A DNA stretch of 64,000 nucleotides, taken from the NCBI GenBank assembly GCA_964016885.1, contig OZ024743.1, positions 167,152,001 through 167,216,000 on the forward strand, given 5' to 3'. Below, piece by piece: positions 25,335-39,247 of the stretch. Source of the DNA: Eledone cirrhosa (Eukaryota). The notes beneath the pieces were generated by a model. It was not told where the DNA came from. It worked only from the letters and a program-made list of their open reading frames with translations, and searched no databases. How positions within the stretch are numbered: position 1 is the first letter of the stretch; each line of letters opens with the position of its first letter. Position numbers and translations under genes: made by a program.

Positions 25335-27045
25335 GAAAAGACAAAACTGCAAAGGCATTTCTGCAGACAGTGGCCAGTGACACCCACTGCAACAGCCATG
25401 CCACCTCATGGGGTTCCTTCCTCAGACAGGCTGCTGACATGCTGATTTTGTGGAGGAGCTCGGTAGTATGGGGTCCAAGTACGTCTGAGGTCTTGATGGC
25501 AACTGGTGTGAAGAGGAAGTGGCCAGACAAGCCCCCGTATTTGTTTGTTTTCCTGTCCTCTGCATTGCGGGCTGCAGTTCCAGGGTTTGTGGCCAAAGCG
25601 ACTAAGCTGGATGTGTCACAGCAAGTGGTGTCTCGGATGAGGGGTTTACCTCTTTCGAATGGGAAGAGGGCAATTCCTTCAGGGTGATTGCCTTCTCCGC
25701 AGTCAAGACCTGCTGGCTTTAGTTGTGATGGGAAGTCAGCTGCATCCAGGCTCCTTCTCAATATGTCATTAAGAGTGGCATATTGGTAGAATTGGCCTGC
25801 TCTCTAGCGGCTTGACAGTGGGTGCAGGCCAAACTTGTCAATGACCACCCCCACAATAGGATTTCTGTGGCTCGCACAAGCGGAGGCCAAGGCATTGGGC
25901 CACTCCGATGCAAGTGCACTTGAAATGAGTCATGCACCACTGTTTGGCTGCCAAATGGATTGGAGACAGGTGAAGTGGTGTTGTCCAAGCCAAACTTGAT
26001 CCGCCTTAAGGAAGACAGGCATTTGATGTTGTTCCAGTTACGTTGGACATTTTACTGGGTGACAGAGAGGCCTTCGCTTGTCCAGTCGGCCAGAGCTTGC
26101 TCCAATTAAGGGGCCACATCAGATTCAGCTGTCTTGCTGAGGACCTTGCTGATGAGGGTGCAACTTGAGGAGAGCAGTGCCAGATCCAAAGTGGATCAGA
26201 GGCTGAGGCCACTGACTTCACTTGTTGCCAGCCACTGCTGTCGAAACTGACATTGCAGATGAGTTCCACACAGTGTCAGATGGTGACATCAAGTTCATGG
26301 AGGTGATCTACGTGGGGGTGACAAGGTGAACTGCGCAGGGTGAACAAAAATTTAGAGAGGGTGTAGCAGTTCCTCAAGAGGAAGAGCACTGGGTGAGCAT
26401 CAAAGAGATGCAGCCTCTCTGCCTTTCATGACAGGTCTGCATGCTTGGTCTCCAGGCACTTTCTTATGGCTTTTGAGAGAATTGGAAAGCCAAGAATGCA
26501 GACTGCGTCTTTAGGTGTTAGCGGAGCCCCTGACAAGATGGGTGGATGCTGAGTATGGTGTTGTGGAATTCAGCCTCTCTATAGCTAACATCACCTCGAA
26601 CTTGGATGGGTTGATCTTGAGTCTGAGGAGCTTTAGAGCTGGAATGATTAACTACCATCTCAGCCGAGCCACTCGCAAGCTATCTTGGATGCAAGTCGTC
26701 AGAAGACGTTGCCCACAGCAAAGGGGCGGATGCCTCAATCATTCTTCCTCAGGGCTGTTAGACTGGTTGAGAAGAAAAGATCACAGGCATGGCAAGGCAA
26801 GTTGGTGCAGAGAAGATAGTTAGTGAGGGCTGTTATAGACTGGTGCTAGTGTTCAGCCGTGAGAGTGCAAGCAGCTTTGGAGATTCTGGTAATGACTCCG
26901 TAACTGCCTGTGGCAGGAGATCACCACCACGGCCTCATCCGAGTCGAGCAGGTTTGGGTCCCTGTTGTGCCAGGTGCCTGAGACTGGCTGTGGCTTCGAG
27001 GGAGATAGGCATCACAGGCAGTGCCACCGTGCAGGAATTCTGACT
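25335..27045 (-). mobile_element. Decayed non-LTR element with C-terminal restriction-like endonuclease (CRE-like)
   Basis: ORF 25222-25761: PAGLDCGEGNHPEG (degenerate RPDG), AEDRKTNKY, FTPVAIKT, LLQWVSLA..RNAFAVL; boundaries approximate. Confidence 0.75.
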
Positions 27046-27139
27046 TGTACTGAGTGAGTTTTTCAGGACTAGTCTAAGTTTAATGATTCTTGTGTTCACC
27101 CTGTTCACCAAGATTACCTTACCTACTCATTTATCAGCT

Positions 27140-28487
27140 AATGAACGGGAGAAAGAGACCCAACCCCAAGTGGACCCCATAGAGGGTCCAACAGTACAAG
27201 TCAGCAGCAGTGTAGTAAGTAAGGCAATTAAGGATATGAAGACTGGGAAAGCAGCCGATCCATCAGGAATAGTTGCACAGATGCTGAAAGCATCTGGGTT
27301 GGTAGGTCACACCATAACCACAAGTATCATAAACCAAGTAATACTGGATGGCATCATACCGAATGAGTGGTGCAGCAGCATCATTGTCAACTGCTTCAAG
27401 GGTAAAGGAGATGCACTAGATAGAGGAAACTATAGAAGTATAAAGCTGATGGACCAGGTCATGAAGGTCATAGAAAGAGTTATAGCACAACTGATTAGGG
27501 ACCTAATTAGGTAAATCCTAATGAGATGCAGTTCGGATTTGTGCCAGGCAAAATCACCACAGATGCCCTCTTCCTTGTGAGGCAGCTGCAGGAAAAGTAC
27601 CTAGCTAAAAGTAAGCCGCTCTACCTGGCAGTTGTTGATGTGGAAAAAGCTTTCAACAGAATGCCCCATGCCATAATTTGGTGGGCTCTTAGAAAACTAG
27701 GAGTAGATGAGTAGCTTATGAAGGCTGTACAAGCCATGTATAGGGGAGCAATCAATAAAATTAAGATTATCAATGACTTAGCATGCAGGTTGGCGTCCAC
27801 CAGGAGTTTCCATGGGCATCCGGTCTTAAACTCTTCTGTTATAGTACAATAATAAACAGGAGAGAGAGCTAACAACAGAGCCCTGGTGGAGGCCAACCTG
27901 CACACTAAGAGATTACATTGGTATGGACAAGTGATGTGCATGAAGGATGACAGCTGTATAAAAAGGTGCAGAGCGCTCAAAATCGATGGATCGATGGAAG
28001 CCATGGAGTGGGGAGACCCAGGAAGACTTGGGATGAGATGATAAAAGCTGACCTTACTTGATTGCACCTCTCAAAGATGATGACACAGGACCGAGATCTC
28101 TGGCATTACGCTGTAATACAGAAGACCCGAATTGACACGGGCACAGGCCATAGCTGAAGCATATATATATAGCATACACCACCCTGCTACACCCTACCCA
28201 TTTTCATGAGGACAAGCTGAAGTATACATCCAGTGAAGCCTCCAGCCCACACTGTGAAGTGGTTGTGATAGCAACATGACAAGAAGTTTCCAGTGCACGA
28301 TGTAAAGTGGTCATGTAGGTATCATAACAAAAATTACCCAGCACACACTGTAAATGTGGTTAGTGTTAGGAAGGGCATCCAACTGTAGAAACTGAGCCAA
28401 AATCAGCCCTGCGTGAGCGAAACACAGTCCTTCAACCAGATCTCTCAAAGAGACAGCCCGTTAAAGACGTTAAATGATGATGATGAT
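27140..28487 (+). mobile_element. RTE family-1 fragment with internal inversion and deletion
   Basis: ORFs 27083-27514 and 27526-27714 (RT N-terminal part); about 27780-27905 is RT core in opposite orientation; (GAT)n tail at about 28475. Confidence 0.85.
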
Positions 28488-29724
28488 ATATATATATATT
28501 ACATATAATTAATATAGAGTAGATCGTTTTCAAATATAAAAACAGGAAAAGTGTAGGTGAAAAATATATATATATATAAAGAACACATGTTTAGAAAACG
28601 GCGAGCAGAATTTGAAAATCATTAGAACTTTGACTAAATAAAATAGTCTAATAATAGTGGGGCGTCTAAACCCACTGAACTGAAAAAGGTGGGCATCAGG
28701 ACTTCAGCTGCTAGTGCAATTTTCAATATATATATTAATAAGCAACTTGAGTGCTAATTATATGCTAATTAGTATGTCCATTTCAGAATAATACTAAGAA
28801 CAAATGGGTATATATATCCATCAAATACATGTTTCCTTGTGGCTGCTTGGTGAGGGTCCAATTAGATCCGAAAATTGATTAAAGATGTTTCATTTTGTCA
28901 ATTTACAGGAAAATTCATATTTTCTGCTATGTTTTTAGCAGGTGTAATGAATGGCTTGTTTGTTTGTTCATTTGTTGGGTGGTAGTATGAATTGCGAGAT
29001 GAAGTTGTCGAAGTAATTGAATAAGTGAGTAGTTTGTTGGTCGAGTAATGGCAAGTTAGTTGAGAGAAGTTTTGCCATGTTCATGTAAACAAGTAGTTGT
29101 ACTCACTTGTTGTGCTGTGAATTAACAAATGAACAAGACACCGCTAATTTAAATCTTTTTAATTGTAACACGATTTACTTTGAAATTATGTGCAGCAATG
29201 AACAACTGAAAAAGATGCAAATTATAGATGCAGTATGTTATGCAAGCAAAAGTAGTAATATTTGTTAACCTGTGTAGCAAACTCAGCTAATGCTGATTCC
29301 AGAAGGGCTGGCTAGTGAGTGTGTATGTCTACATTGCTATGTGGCCAAACAAACTAACTGTTGCAGAGTTGGAAGGCAGGCTGTATTTTGCTTAGTCGAA
29401 AAGCAGAATATCTCTTTGAGGGTCAAAATCTCTTGCATATTTTAAGTTGCCCATTAATATTAATCAGATGGCCTTTACAACTGTCCTCTTTTCAGACACT
29501 CAGGTGTCTGTAGCTTCCTATAATAGAACATTATCTAGGTTTTGGGCTCTGAGGTCAGTCTTTTGGTGGTTATTTGCGGCAGGCTAAGAAAAGCGCTATG
29601 AGAAAAATATGTTGAGATTTTTTTGTGACATGTTTACATGCCTACATATATTAGATATGTGTATGTATTTATACACATTGTTAAAATCTTGGTTGCACAC
29701 TTTGTATTTATACAGATATAACTT

Positions 29725-31605
29725 TTGGTCCTCTTCGCAATCCCCACACAAGCCAGGTTACTCACTCTCCAGTTGGTCCTCTTCGCAATCCCCACACATG
29801 CCAGGTTACCTCACTCTCCAGTTGGTCCTCTTCGCAATCCCCACACAAGCCAGGTTACTGACGACCCCAAGGAATGCGCAGAGCTCATTGCTGAATGCTA
29901 TGCAGGCATTTTCACTATTGAAGACCAGAGTGTACCATCTCCACCACCTATGACACCGGACTCTATTACAACCATGGAATTTACACCTGCAATGCTGCGA
30001 CGTCACCTAAAAAATAAACGCAACCATGCCTCTCCTGGTCTTGATGGTGTTACGTACCTGCTTCTTAAACGTGGTGGGTACTTCCTTCTACACCAGTTAT
30101 CACGCTTCTTCCAATTCTGTCTGAACAACAGTGCTACTCCAGAACAGTGGAAAACTGCCAGTGTCATTCCTCTGTTCAAAAAGGGTGACCGCACATCACC
30201 TGTGAACTATCGTCCAGTCAGTCTTACTAGTTGCATCGCCAAACTGATGGAATCCTGTGTCAGAGAAACACTTTGGAACTTCTGGAGCTCTCACAGTCTT
30301 ATCCGGCCCTCGCAATTTGGATTTATCCCCAACTCCAGCTGCTGTGATCAACTTATAGAGTTTCTTGAGGACATCACCCGGATCACTGATGGCGGCTCAT
30401 GGGTGGATGTTGTTTACCTTGACTTTGTGAAGGCCTTCAATTCTGTGCCACACAAAAGGCTTATGGCAAAACTCTCTGCAATGGGTGTGAAGGATGATCT
30501 TTTTAACTGGTTGAAGTCCTTCATTCTCAGTCGAAGAGAGGTAGTCACGGTTCTGGGACAGCATTCCTCACCATATGAGATGTCATCTGGTGTACCACAG
30601 GGATCTGTTCTTGGCCCCCTTTTGTTTGTGGCATATATTAATGACATAGATGCCAACTTAAGGAATGCCACAGTACTAAAGTACGCAGACGACATCAAGC
30701 TGTACCTTGAGATAAAAAGGACAGATCCTGAACACTATAGATCTTGCTTGCAGTCTGACCTGGACACAATGCAACAGTGGATCTCAGACTGGCAACTCAA
30801 GCTAGCTGTGGACAAGTGCACCACCATGCATTTTGGGAGTAAAAACCCAGCGTCCACATACTCCCTCCACAGCACTAATATCAAGAAGTCTTCCTGTGAA
30901 CGTGACCTGGGCATTACGGTCAGCAGCGATTTGCGTTGGACGAGGCACGTCTCTAAAATTGTCAAGAGGGCTGAGGGTGTCTTAGCATCACTCAGCAAGA
31001 CCTTTGTCAGCTGCTCTCCAGATATCTATTTAAGGCTGTATACAGCTATGGTGCGACCACATTTAGAATTTGCATCACCAGTCTGGAACCCCTATCTTGC
31101 TCAGGACATTGACCGCCTGGAAACTGTTCAGAGACGTGCAACCAAGCGAATACCCTCCATCAGGCATCTACCATACTCTGAGCGCCTTGCTTCCCTGGGC
31201 ATGGATTCATTGAAGCTCCGACGCCTGGCAACTGACTTGGTAAACACCCACAAAATTGTTAACCATGTTGCCAACAACAACCCTGAGTACCTTTTCGATT
31301 TCCATGTGTCTAACACACGTGGACATGCCCACAAAGTAAGAAAACACCACAGTTCCCATGACTTTCGGAAACATTTTTTCGCGCTCAGAGTTGCTGAAGC
31401 ATGGAACAAACTACCTTCATCAGTTGTTAGCTGTCGAGACACTGCATCCTTTAAGGCCTCCATGCTTCCCGAGATCCGCTAACAGAACAGCTAACACATA
31501 CACACATGTACTTCCCTGACATTTGTGTATTATTCTATATACTACATTGACGAGTTGTAGTGCACCTGAGCACTTTACACAATAATTTCATTATTATTAT
31601 TTATT
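29725..31605 (+). mobile_element. 5'-truncated CR1-group LINE with open RT frame
   Basis: ORF 29725-31482: NYRPVSLTS, YLDFVKAFNSVPH, SGVPQGSVLGPLLF, YADD, ERDLGI, RPHLEFASPVWNP, TRGH, WNKLP; (ATT)n tail; no APE domain. Confidence 0.93.
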
Positions 31606-32933
31606 ATATATATATATATACACATACAATATAAACATTTTAAAGTGAAACATCATTATTTCACACTTCAATCTGCTATAGCATTGTGCTCACATTGGTG
31701 CCACATCCAGCAATCAATAATTAGTTCCTGCTTATTTGCACATGTAATTTTTTGCTATTTTGTTCTTTAAATCATTCTATAAAGCCTCTGTAGGGTTCAT
31801 AGCAGGACTGTTTCCTGGTCTGTCAAGAAGGGTGATTACCAGTTTTTCAAAATATTTCCTCATCTTTTTTTGAGGTATGACAAGGTGTACCGTCTTGTTG
31901 AAATATGAAATCATTATTCAGAAATCACTCTTGCAACTGGGGTAGTAACCGATGACCGATTATGTCTTTATACTTAACTGAGTTAATTATACCCTCCACT
32001 ATCTGGAGGTGGCTAGTACCGTGGTAAGAAAGTACTGACTACAACATAACTTTGGTGGATACTAGATACCTATTGGTTGTTATTCACTACATTTCCTCCT
32101 TCTTCCTTTTGTACACAAATATACCTAAAATATATTTGTTATTATATATTATTTCATTTATCTCTGAGGATTTGTTGTATCCGAGCATAATGCGAGTGAG
32201 TGAATAGAAAACAAAATCATATCAAGCTCTTGTAGATGATTGCATAACAGCAATTAAACACATGTTAGGTAATATAATGTAATAAATCTTTCTTCAAATT
32301 TCTCCTTCCTTCTTGCCTGGTTTTTCCTAATACTCAATTTACACACACGCACACACACACACACATATGCACACATACACACGCATATATAAGCAAAATG
32401 GAATATATGAGCACGCCACAGTTGTCTAGCCTCAGAATATAACCTGTCTAATCCATAAAATCATGAAAAATAGATGTAAAATGGTGATGATGATAATGAT
32501 ACATCTATAGATAAGTTTCATCATCATTGAGACATACTCTGCCAGAGCTGCACTTTGACGGTGAAATAAATTCTCTTAGGAAAAATAGAGTAATACATCC
32601 TCACAACACAATGCAGTCGATTTTGAGAGAGAGAAAGAGAGAGAGAGATAGGTTTGATCTATCAGATATGTAATGGAGGTAAGAGAGAAAAGATAAGATG
32701 GCAGTAGTAAAAGAAAGTTGTGGAAGAAAGAGAGTTGTATTGTGTGTAGGGAGTTACATGGAACCAGAGAGAGGACAGGTGGGAGGAAGACATTCAGACA
32801 AGGGAGAGAGAGGGAAAGGAGAAAGAAAAACTAAGATATGTACCCGGGTGTAAATCCAAAAAGCTATATCCTTCACCTGAATATCCATGGCTTTGTACCA
32901 ATATAAAAGAACCTCTTTTTTCCCCCACCCCAG

Positions 32934-33109
32934 ATGTCCAACGATGTTCAGTTATATTGTTTCTCAAGAGTAGGGATGATAATTGTTGCAGAAAACAATT
33001 CCAGTTATATCCCAGTAACAGTTTATATCAATGGAAATGCCAAGTCAAAAAACATTGTATCAACGAGAGGATCATTCAGCACAATAGATACTGTACCTCC
33101 AATGCATCG
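32934..33109 (+). CDS. Calpain-15/SOL-like exon
   Basis: cag|...|gtaagt, phase 0-2; GMIIVAENN...NIVSTRGSFSTIDTVPPMHR resembles GLIVVVENR...NVVSTRGSLRTQDSVPPLHR; frame not in the ORF track. Confidence 0.92.
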
Positions 33110-33984
33110 GTAAGTTCATTGTTGTTATTTGTTTCTTCTGGTTAGCTTGAAATTTCTTCTCAGCTATATTATAACTGAAATAAATCAGTTTTCATCATCA
33201 TCATCATCACTGTTTAATGTCCATTTTTCCACACTAGCATGGGTTAGACAAGTTGTCCCATTGTGAGACAAGCCAGATCAGATGACCATGTCTTTCTCAG
33301 ATAGAACTGATTTGGGCTTGGTTTCTACGCCTGGATGCCCTTCCTACTGGCAACCACATTTTCAGTGGGTACTGGGTGCTTTTTGTCATGACTCTTACAT
33401 CACCAATGACACCTATACAACCATTTTACAGTGAGGATTGGGTGCTCCTTGTCAGAGCACTGAAAACAACCACTTTAGAGGTTGGGGTGAGGAAGGTGCA
33501 TGGAGATGGATGTAAATCTAGAGTGGGAGACCTATTGGGTGAGGAGTGAGGGGTAGAGATTTGGGTGGAGTGTTACGATGGGGGAGGGGAAGTGGTGCAC
33601 ACTAGATGTATGCTTCAACTCGTACACATGGGAAGGCGGGTCTTCTTTATTACTACATAACACCAGTGATCTTGATCTTGTGTCATCGCCTTTAAGAGGT
33701 GTAATTGTGCAAGGTCAGCTTTTATCACCTTATACCAAGTCTTCCTACTCCATAGCTTCCGTCAACTTTGAGTGCTCTGCACCTTTTTATACAGCTGTCA
33801 TCCTTCATACACATCACATGTCCATACCAACGCAATCTCTTCTCCTGCACACTGCATCTGATCCCTCTTATGCCCAGTTTCTCTTAGTTCAATTATGTTT
33901 TGCCGTTCATGTATATTACTATTACATATCCATCAAAGCATGCCAGCTTCATTTCTTTTTAATCTTCACAGGTCCTCTGCACAT

Positions 33985-34162
33985 AATTGTTTCTACTTTT
34001 GGCACAAGGCCAGCAATTACCCAGTACATTACTGGTACTTTATTTTATCGACCCTCTCAGGTTGAAAGGCAAAGTTAACCTTGGCGGGATTTGAACTCAG
34101 TTCATAAAGGGATGTAACTGTGCTGCAAAGCATGGCGTCTGATCCTCTACTGATACTGCCAC
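33985..34162 (-). mobile_element. tRNA-derived SINE, family S2
   Basis: Similar to 15712-15900; interrupts RTE sequence. Confidence 0.8.
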
Positions 34163-34631
34163 CCAGATCTCACTACCATGCAACATTGCTGATGGAATAC
34201 ATGCATCCTACAATCTTCCTTTCATTTTTTTGGTAAAAACCTTTTGTAGCTAGCAGTGGTAGTACCTCTCTGAATTTTTTCCATCCTGCTCTCACTCTGG
34301 CTACTGTACTTTCCAAACACCCACCTTCACTGCTAATTTAGTTACTCAGGAAGCTGTCAACTGCTTCCACGGAACCTTCCCAGAATTAGATAGAGCTTGT
34401 TTCTTGAGAGCGATATCTGCTTACTGCTCCTGTGTAATGGCCACATGTAAAACCTACATTCTTAACTAAACTTCCTGAGATCCCACTACATCTCTTGTGT
34501 ACCCATAGTTTGCATTTGGGTCAGAGGATGGAATTCCTACACACCACACTGAGCAGGGTCATTTCCCTAAGAAGGTCTTGGTTTTGTTTTCCTTTCTGCT
34601 TACTGGGACTTTAGTTTTTGCCAAGCTTTAG

Positions 34632-35899
34632 TTTAGCATTCGCATTAATTTTCAAACGTCATACTTATCTGTTCGCATTATTTTGAGTTAATCAAAATGG
34701 TGGTGGATTGGCAGTATCGGTAGAGGGTCGGACACCATGCTTTGCAGCATAGAGTTACGGCCCTTTATGATCTGAGTTCAAATCCCGCCGAGGTTAACTT
34801 TGCCTTTCATCCTTATGGGGTCGACAAAATGAAGTACCAGTAATGTACTGTGTAATTGCTGGCCTTGTGCCAAAAGTAGAAACAATTATTTTGAGTAAAT
34901 CATATTCAAGAGGGTTATCAATTTTATTTGTTTGTAATTTTCTTAATTTTCTATGTGCAAGGCTTGAAATTTTGTAAGTAGATGTTTAAATATCAATAAT
35001 TTACAATTATATAATATTACCTGATTTTTTTTGGTCAAATTTGACTTTTATGGGCAGGTGAAATTAATTAATAGGGGCATTTGAAGTATCAACCAGGTGC
35101 AAATACTGGTTTAATTTTAAATACGTTGTTTTCGGCATAATACTTGATATTTAAGGATCACTAAACCTTATATCAGTGTTCCAGTAATTCCACAGTCTTG
35201 GAAATTGTATTATACCGAACATAATATTTACGGTAAAAAATGCTTGCATTTCCGCACCATCTGTCAGTCGCCATAACAGATCAAGTTTTCCTCAATTTGA
35301 AATCTGTTGTTGGGCATATCGATTAATCTCTTCTGCCACAACTTCGAAGAAAGATTGTGGTAACAATAAAAATAAATAATCCAATTAGCATCGGGAGCTA
35401 ATGTGTGTTGTGGACCAGTATTTTGAATAAAATCAGTAACATATATTAGTGTGGTATTTTTCAATGGCGTCTTGGAGATCTCCTTCGTTTTCACTTTCAA
35501 AACAATCATTGTCGGACGAAATTTCAGAAGTATAAACATCAGATTCATTTGAAGATAAATCACTAATATTACCGTTTGTTTCTTGTTTATTCTGAATGTC
35601 ATTGTGTGTAAAACCTTCAAAGTCGGTATCGCTACTTTCATAAGCCATGTTGGTACAAAAAAAAAAATTGTTGTACTTTCAAAGTTAAAAAAACACTTGT
35701 TGTTTTAAGTTGTTTCACTATATTAAATGTTAATTTTCGTGGTAAAGGCCTATTTCGCAGTAATCTCAAATTGACGAGATTTTGATGATGGTATTGTTTA
35801 TTTTTAGAACAATATTTTAGTGTGGGTGTTATCGGGCGATTTCGGGCGGTTTGAACAAATGAAGGGGAAATAATTTCGGGGGATTTCAACACTAAAGGG
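34632..35899 (-). mobile_element. Second copy of the deleted piggyBac element
   Basis: CTAAAGGG|TTAA at 35892-35903; colinear with 2139-3506; the other TIR is damaged. Confidence 0.85.
34698..34887 (+). mobile_element. tRNA-derived SINE, family S2 (Meta-domain-like), with TSD
   Basis: TGGCAGTATCGG A box, GAGTTCAAATC B box, gcctttcatccttatggggtcgacaaaatgaagtaccag core; flanked by attttgagt(t/a)aatca duplication. Confidence 0.85.
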
Positions 35900-37429
35900 T
35901 TAAGACCTTTTGATTCCAGGTCAGATATTTTTTCTCTAGTTCTGTCATAGATTCAGCTATGAGAGTTAGGTCAGCAGCATACAGGATTTCCCAAGGGCAT
36001 CTTTTTTAAAACTTTTCTGTTATAACTTGGAGGACAATTAATTTTAACCTTACTGATATCACCTCTATACATGGCTTGTACTGCCTTCACAAGCCCTTCT
36101 TCTACTCCTAGTTTCCTAAGTGCCTACCATATTACAGAATGGGGGGACCCTGTCAAAAGCAAATGTTAACAAATGTTAATTAGAGGGGTTTACTTTTAGC
36201 TAGGTCTTCTCCTGCAGTTGCCTCACAAGAAAGAAGGTATCATGGTACTTCTTCCTAGGACAAATCAAAACTACATTTCATCTAGATTAATTTGATCCCT
36301 AATCAGTTGTATAATGACTCTTTCTGTAACCTCCATGACCTGGTCCATCAGTTTGATGCCACGATAGTTCCCTCTGTCTAGTGCATCACCTTTACCTGTA
36401 GCAGATGACAATGATGCTGCTATGCCAGTCATTGGGTATAGCACCATTTTATATTACTTGGTTTACAATATGGGTGTTATGATGTATGCTAACATTCTAA
36501 ATGTTTTCATCATTTCAGCAACTATACACAATGGCCCTGCTGCTTTGCGTGTCTTCATGTTCTTATTTCCCTTGCTACACAGTTGCTAACTTGCACTGCT
36601 GGTCCCTCTATAGGGTCAACTTGGGGCAGGCTATTTCCTCCCACACATTCTCATCAGTCTCTCGTAATGACACTTCCATGCTGTCTTCTTTTTTACCATT
36701 GTCATCTTGGACACTCTTCTCCCAAACAACAACACTATTTTCCTTGACACACTTCCTTGCAATCCTGAACATCGCATAACATGCATAAACTTTTTACTTT
36801 CCACTTCCCTCCTTGCAAAATATACTTGTTACCTCGCCTCTTTCCTGGCCACTTGGTAAAGTTCTCTGCTTCATCCATTTTACCATTCCTTCCATGCTTG
36901 TCTATTGGCCTTCACTGTTTAATTCACCCTACTATTCCACCACCAAGTCACTCTCCTACTCCCTGGACCTCTGATCTAGCTACATACCTCATTTGTGGCC
37001 TTTAGTAGATTGTCTATCAGAACTCCTACTGCTCCTCTATAATGTATGTTGCTATTTCTTCTTCCTTATAGTCAAAAGTGTCAAGTAAGATATTCCTAAA
37101 TTTGTTACAGGCTGGGGGCTCCTTCAACTTCCATATCCTTCTACTCCAGGTTGCTCTATGTCTCTGAGTTCGTCTAACTCTAATTAGCAGGTTGCTGATA
37201 ACTAGATTATGTTGGGAGGGTCATTCCTCACCTGGGGGGGACTTTGTGTGTGGCCACACTTTGGTACAGCTTTAAGATAAACCCTTCTGACACCTGTATT
37301 AATTTTTCTCAAGTCTGGTACTTATTTTATTTATACATTTTGTCAAGTTACAGGACAAAAAACACAAACATAAATGTAAAAACAAACACTGACACAAACA
37401 CAATATAATTTTATTTATTTCTATTTCAG

Positions 37430-37574
37430 ACAAGTTATAATAATTCTTTCACAAAGAGAAAATGACTATTACCGTATATCTTACAATACAAAAGCTGATT
37501 TTAAGAGTAAAGCTATTAATTTACCTCCATTAAACCTACTAGTTAAAGCCTTGCACTCATCACGTCCCATATGA
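37430..37574 (+). CDS. Calpain-15/SOL-like last coding exon (TGA 37572-37574)
   Basis: cag| phase 2; QVIIILSQ...PPLNLLVKALHSSRPI* resembles QVLVILSQ...PPLTPEVAGLHGPRPL*. Confidence 0.92.
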
Positions 37575-39157
37575 AAACAAAGCAAATGATAACAGCAACA
37601 CTATACTGAAGGTAAGATCCTAAATCATCAGTTCAATCCAGTTAAAAAACTAATCATGGCTTTGCACCTCTCCAAAGTCCATCCCCAAGCAAGGTGTTTT
37701 GTGAAGGACCAGCAATGTATGCTAGTCTCCCTTCTCTATACCACCGATGGTGTCCAAGGGAAAGGCAAAGGCCAATACAGCTTGGCACCAATGTTGTCAC
37801 AATTCATTTTTTTTCCAGCTAAATGAACTAAATCAAAGCAAAATAGTGTCTTGGCTAAGAACATAATGTGATGACCTATCCAAGGCTACCTTACAGTGAA
37901 ATCAAATCTACGATCTCATGATTATGAAGTGAATTTCTTAACTATTTGACTTTGTCTGCACCCACTGTTTGTGTATTACTGTCACTTTTTATGTATTGTT
38001 TTTTATTTTTATTATAATCATACTGTTTTTGATACAATAGCAATAATTTAAACATTTGAAGTCACGAGTTCAATTTGTGGTATTATAAACATACATAGGA
38101 ATAAGACACTTGATGTAAACCAATAACAATCTAGTGCTGGTGTAAATATTAAAAAAAAAAAGTTTCACTTTAAAAATTAGCATTAAGATAACAGAAAATA
38201 TGATACTCAGTAAATCACACAAATGAAAATAATTTTCAAATATATTCTATTTTTCTTTCAGTTTCTTGAAACCAGAAAGCATTTCTTGAAAATGCAACTG
38301 GAAGAAATGATTTTACTGGAAAGCTAGAAAATTATGGTTAAAATTTCCATTTTGCCTCTAATTATTGATATTTTGTTTAACTATTGGACATTTCACAGTA
38401 TCTGACAATCTGCAAGATAATAATTGAATTCAAAGCAGTGCTTAAACTAAAATTTCTCTAGATTATTTAGTGGCTGTATTTCACAGTACATACTATTAAT
38501 ATAGTACACTCTGGTGAAATATAGTTCAGAATTTTAATACGCAGCCTATATGATGAAACAAATTTTGCTATAGAGTTGTATTCAGAGATTCACTTATCAT
38601 GAAATATATTCAAAAATACATGACAAAAGAAAGATTGTGAGGTTTCTTTTGTATCACATAATGTATCTGTACATGTGTAAATATCAGTATGTGTGTGTGT
38701 GTATGTGTGAATATTGAAATATATGTTGTGTGGGTGTTGGTTTATTAAGTGTATATATTATATCGAAACATGAATTAAGCCAGCCTTAAAGAGCCGATTT
38801 TTGTTGTTGAAGAATTACCTTTTAACTATGAAAAACAAAGAGACATTTTTTTATTCTTTTACTTGTTTTTGTTTTTAATACAAACTTTCACTTTGTTATG
38901 TGTATGTTTTGCACTGGTCCTGTAACTGTAGTGAAGTAAGTCATAAGATGACTGGCTGGACATTTTCACAAGGTGATATAAGAAAATAATAATGGCAATA
39001 ACATTGACAAAGGGGTTTAATTCAATATCAACTATTTATGGTTTTGCTTGATCTAATACCAAAAAATGAGAAATTCTGAAAGTTTTTATTAAATCATTAC
39101 ATTAAGGAACCACAGTGTGCACAATATCACTGTATAACTTTTATGTGTCTGTGCATA

Positions 39158-39247
39158 TAATAATAATAATAATAATGAAATTATTGTGTACAGTGCTCAG
39201 GTGCACTACAACTCATCAAAGGTGCATGTATAGTACATAGAATAATA
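39158..39247 (-). mobile_element. Short 3'-end copy of the CR1-group LINE
   Basis: Reverse complement of about 31530-31600 including the (ATT)n tail. Confidence 0.75.

Larger units (their letters stand above)
33193..37245 (-). mobile_element. Old RTE LINE with nested SINE and piggyBac
   Basis: (CAT)n tail at 33193; RTE-like sequence on both sides of insertions 33985-34162 and 34632-35899. Confidence 0.75.

Noticed and set aside
28500-29700. Unclassified sequence, possible DNA-transposon remnant
   Set aside because: No TIR, TSD or protein motif that I could support
29725-29860. CRISPR-like direct repeats
   Set aside because: Intervening sequences are near-identical and about 11 nt, the unit is LINE sequence, the context is eukaryotic and no cas genes are present
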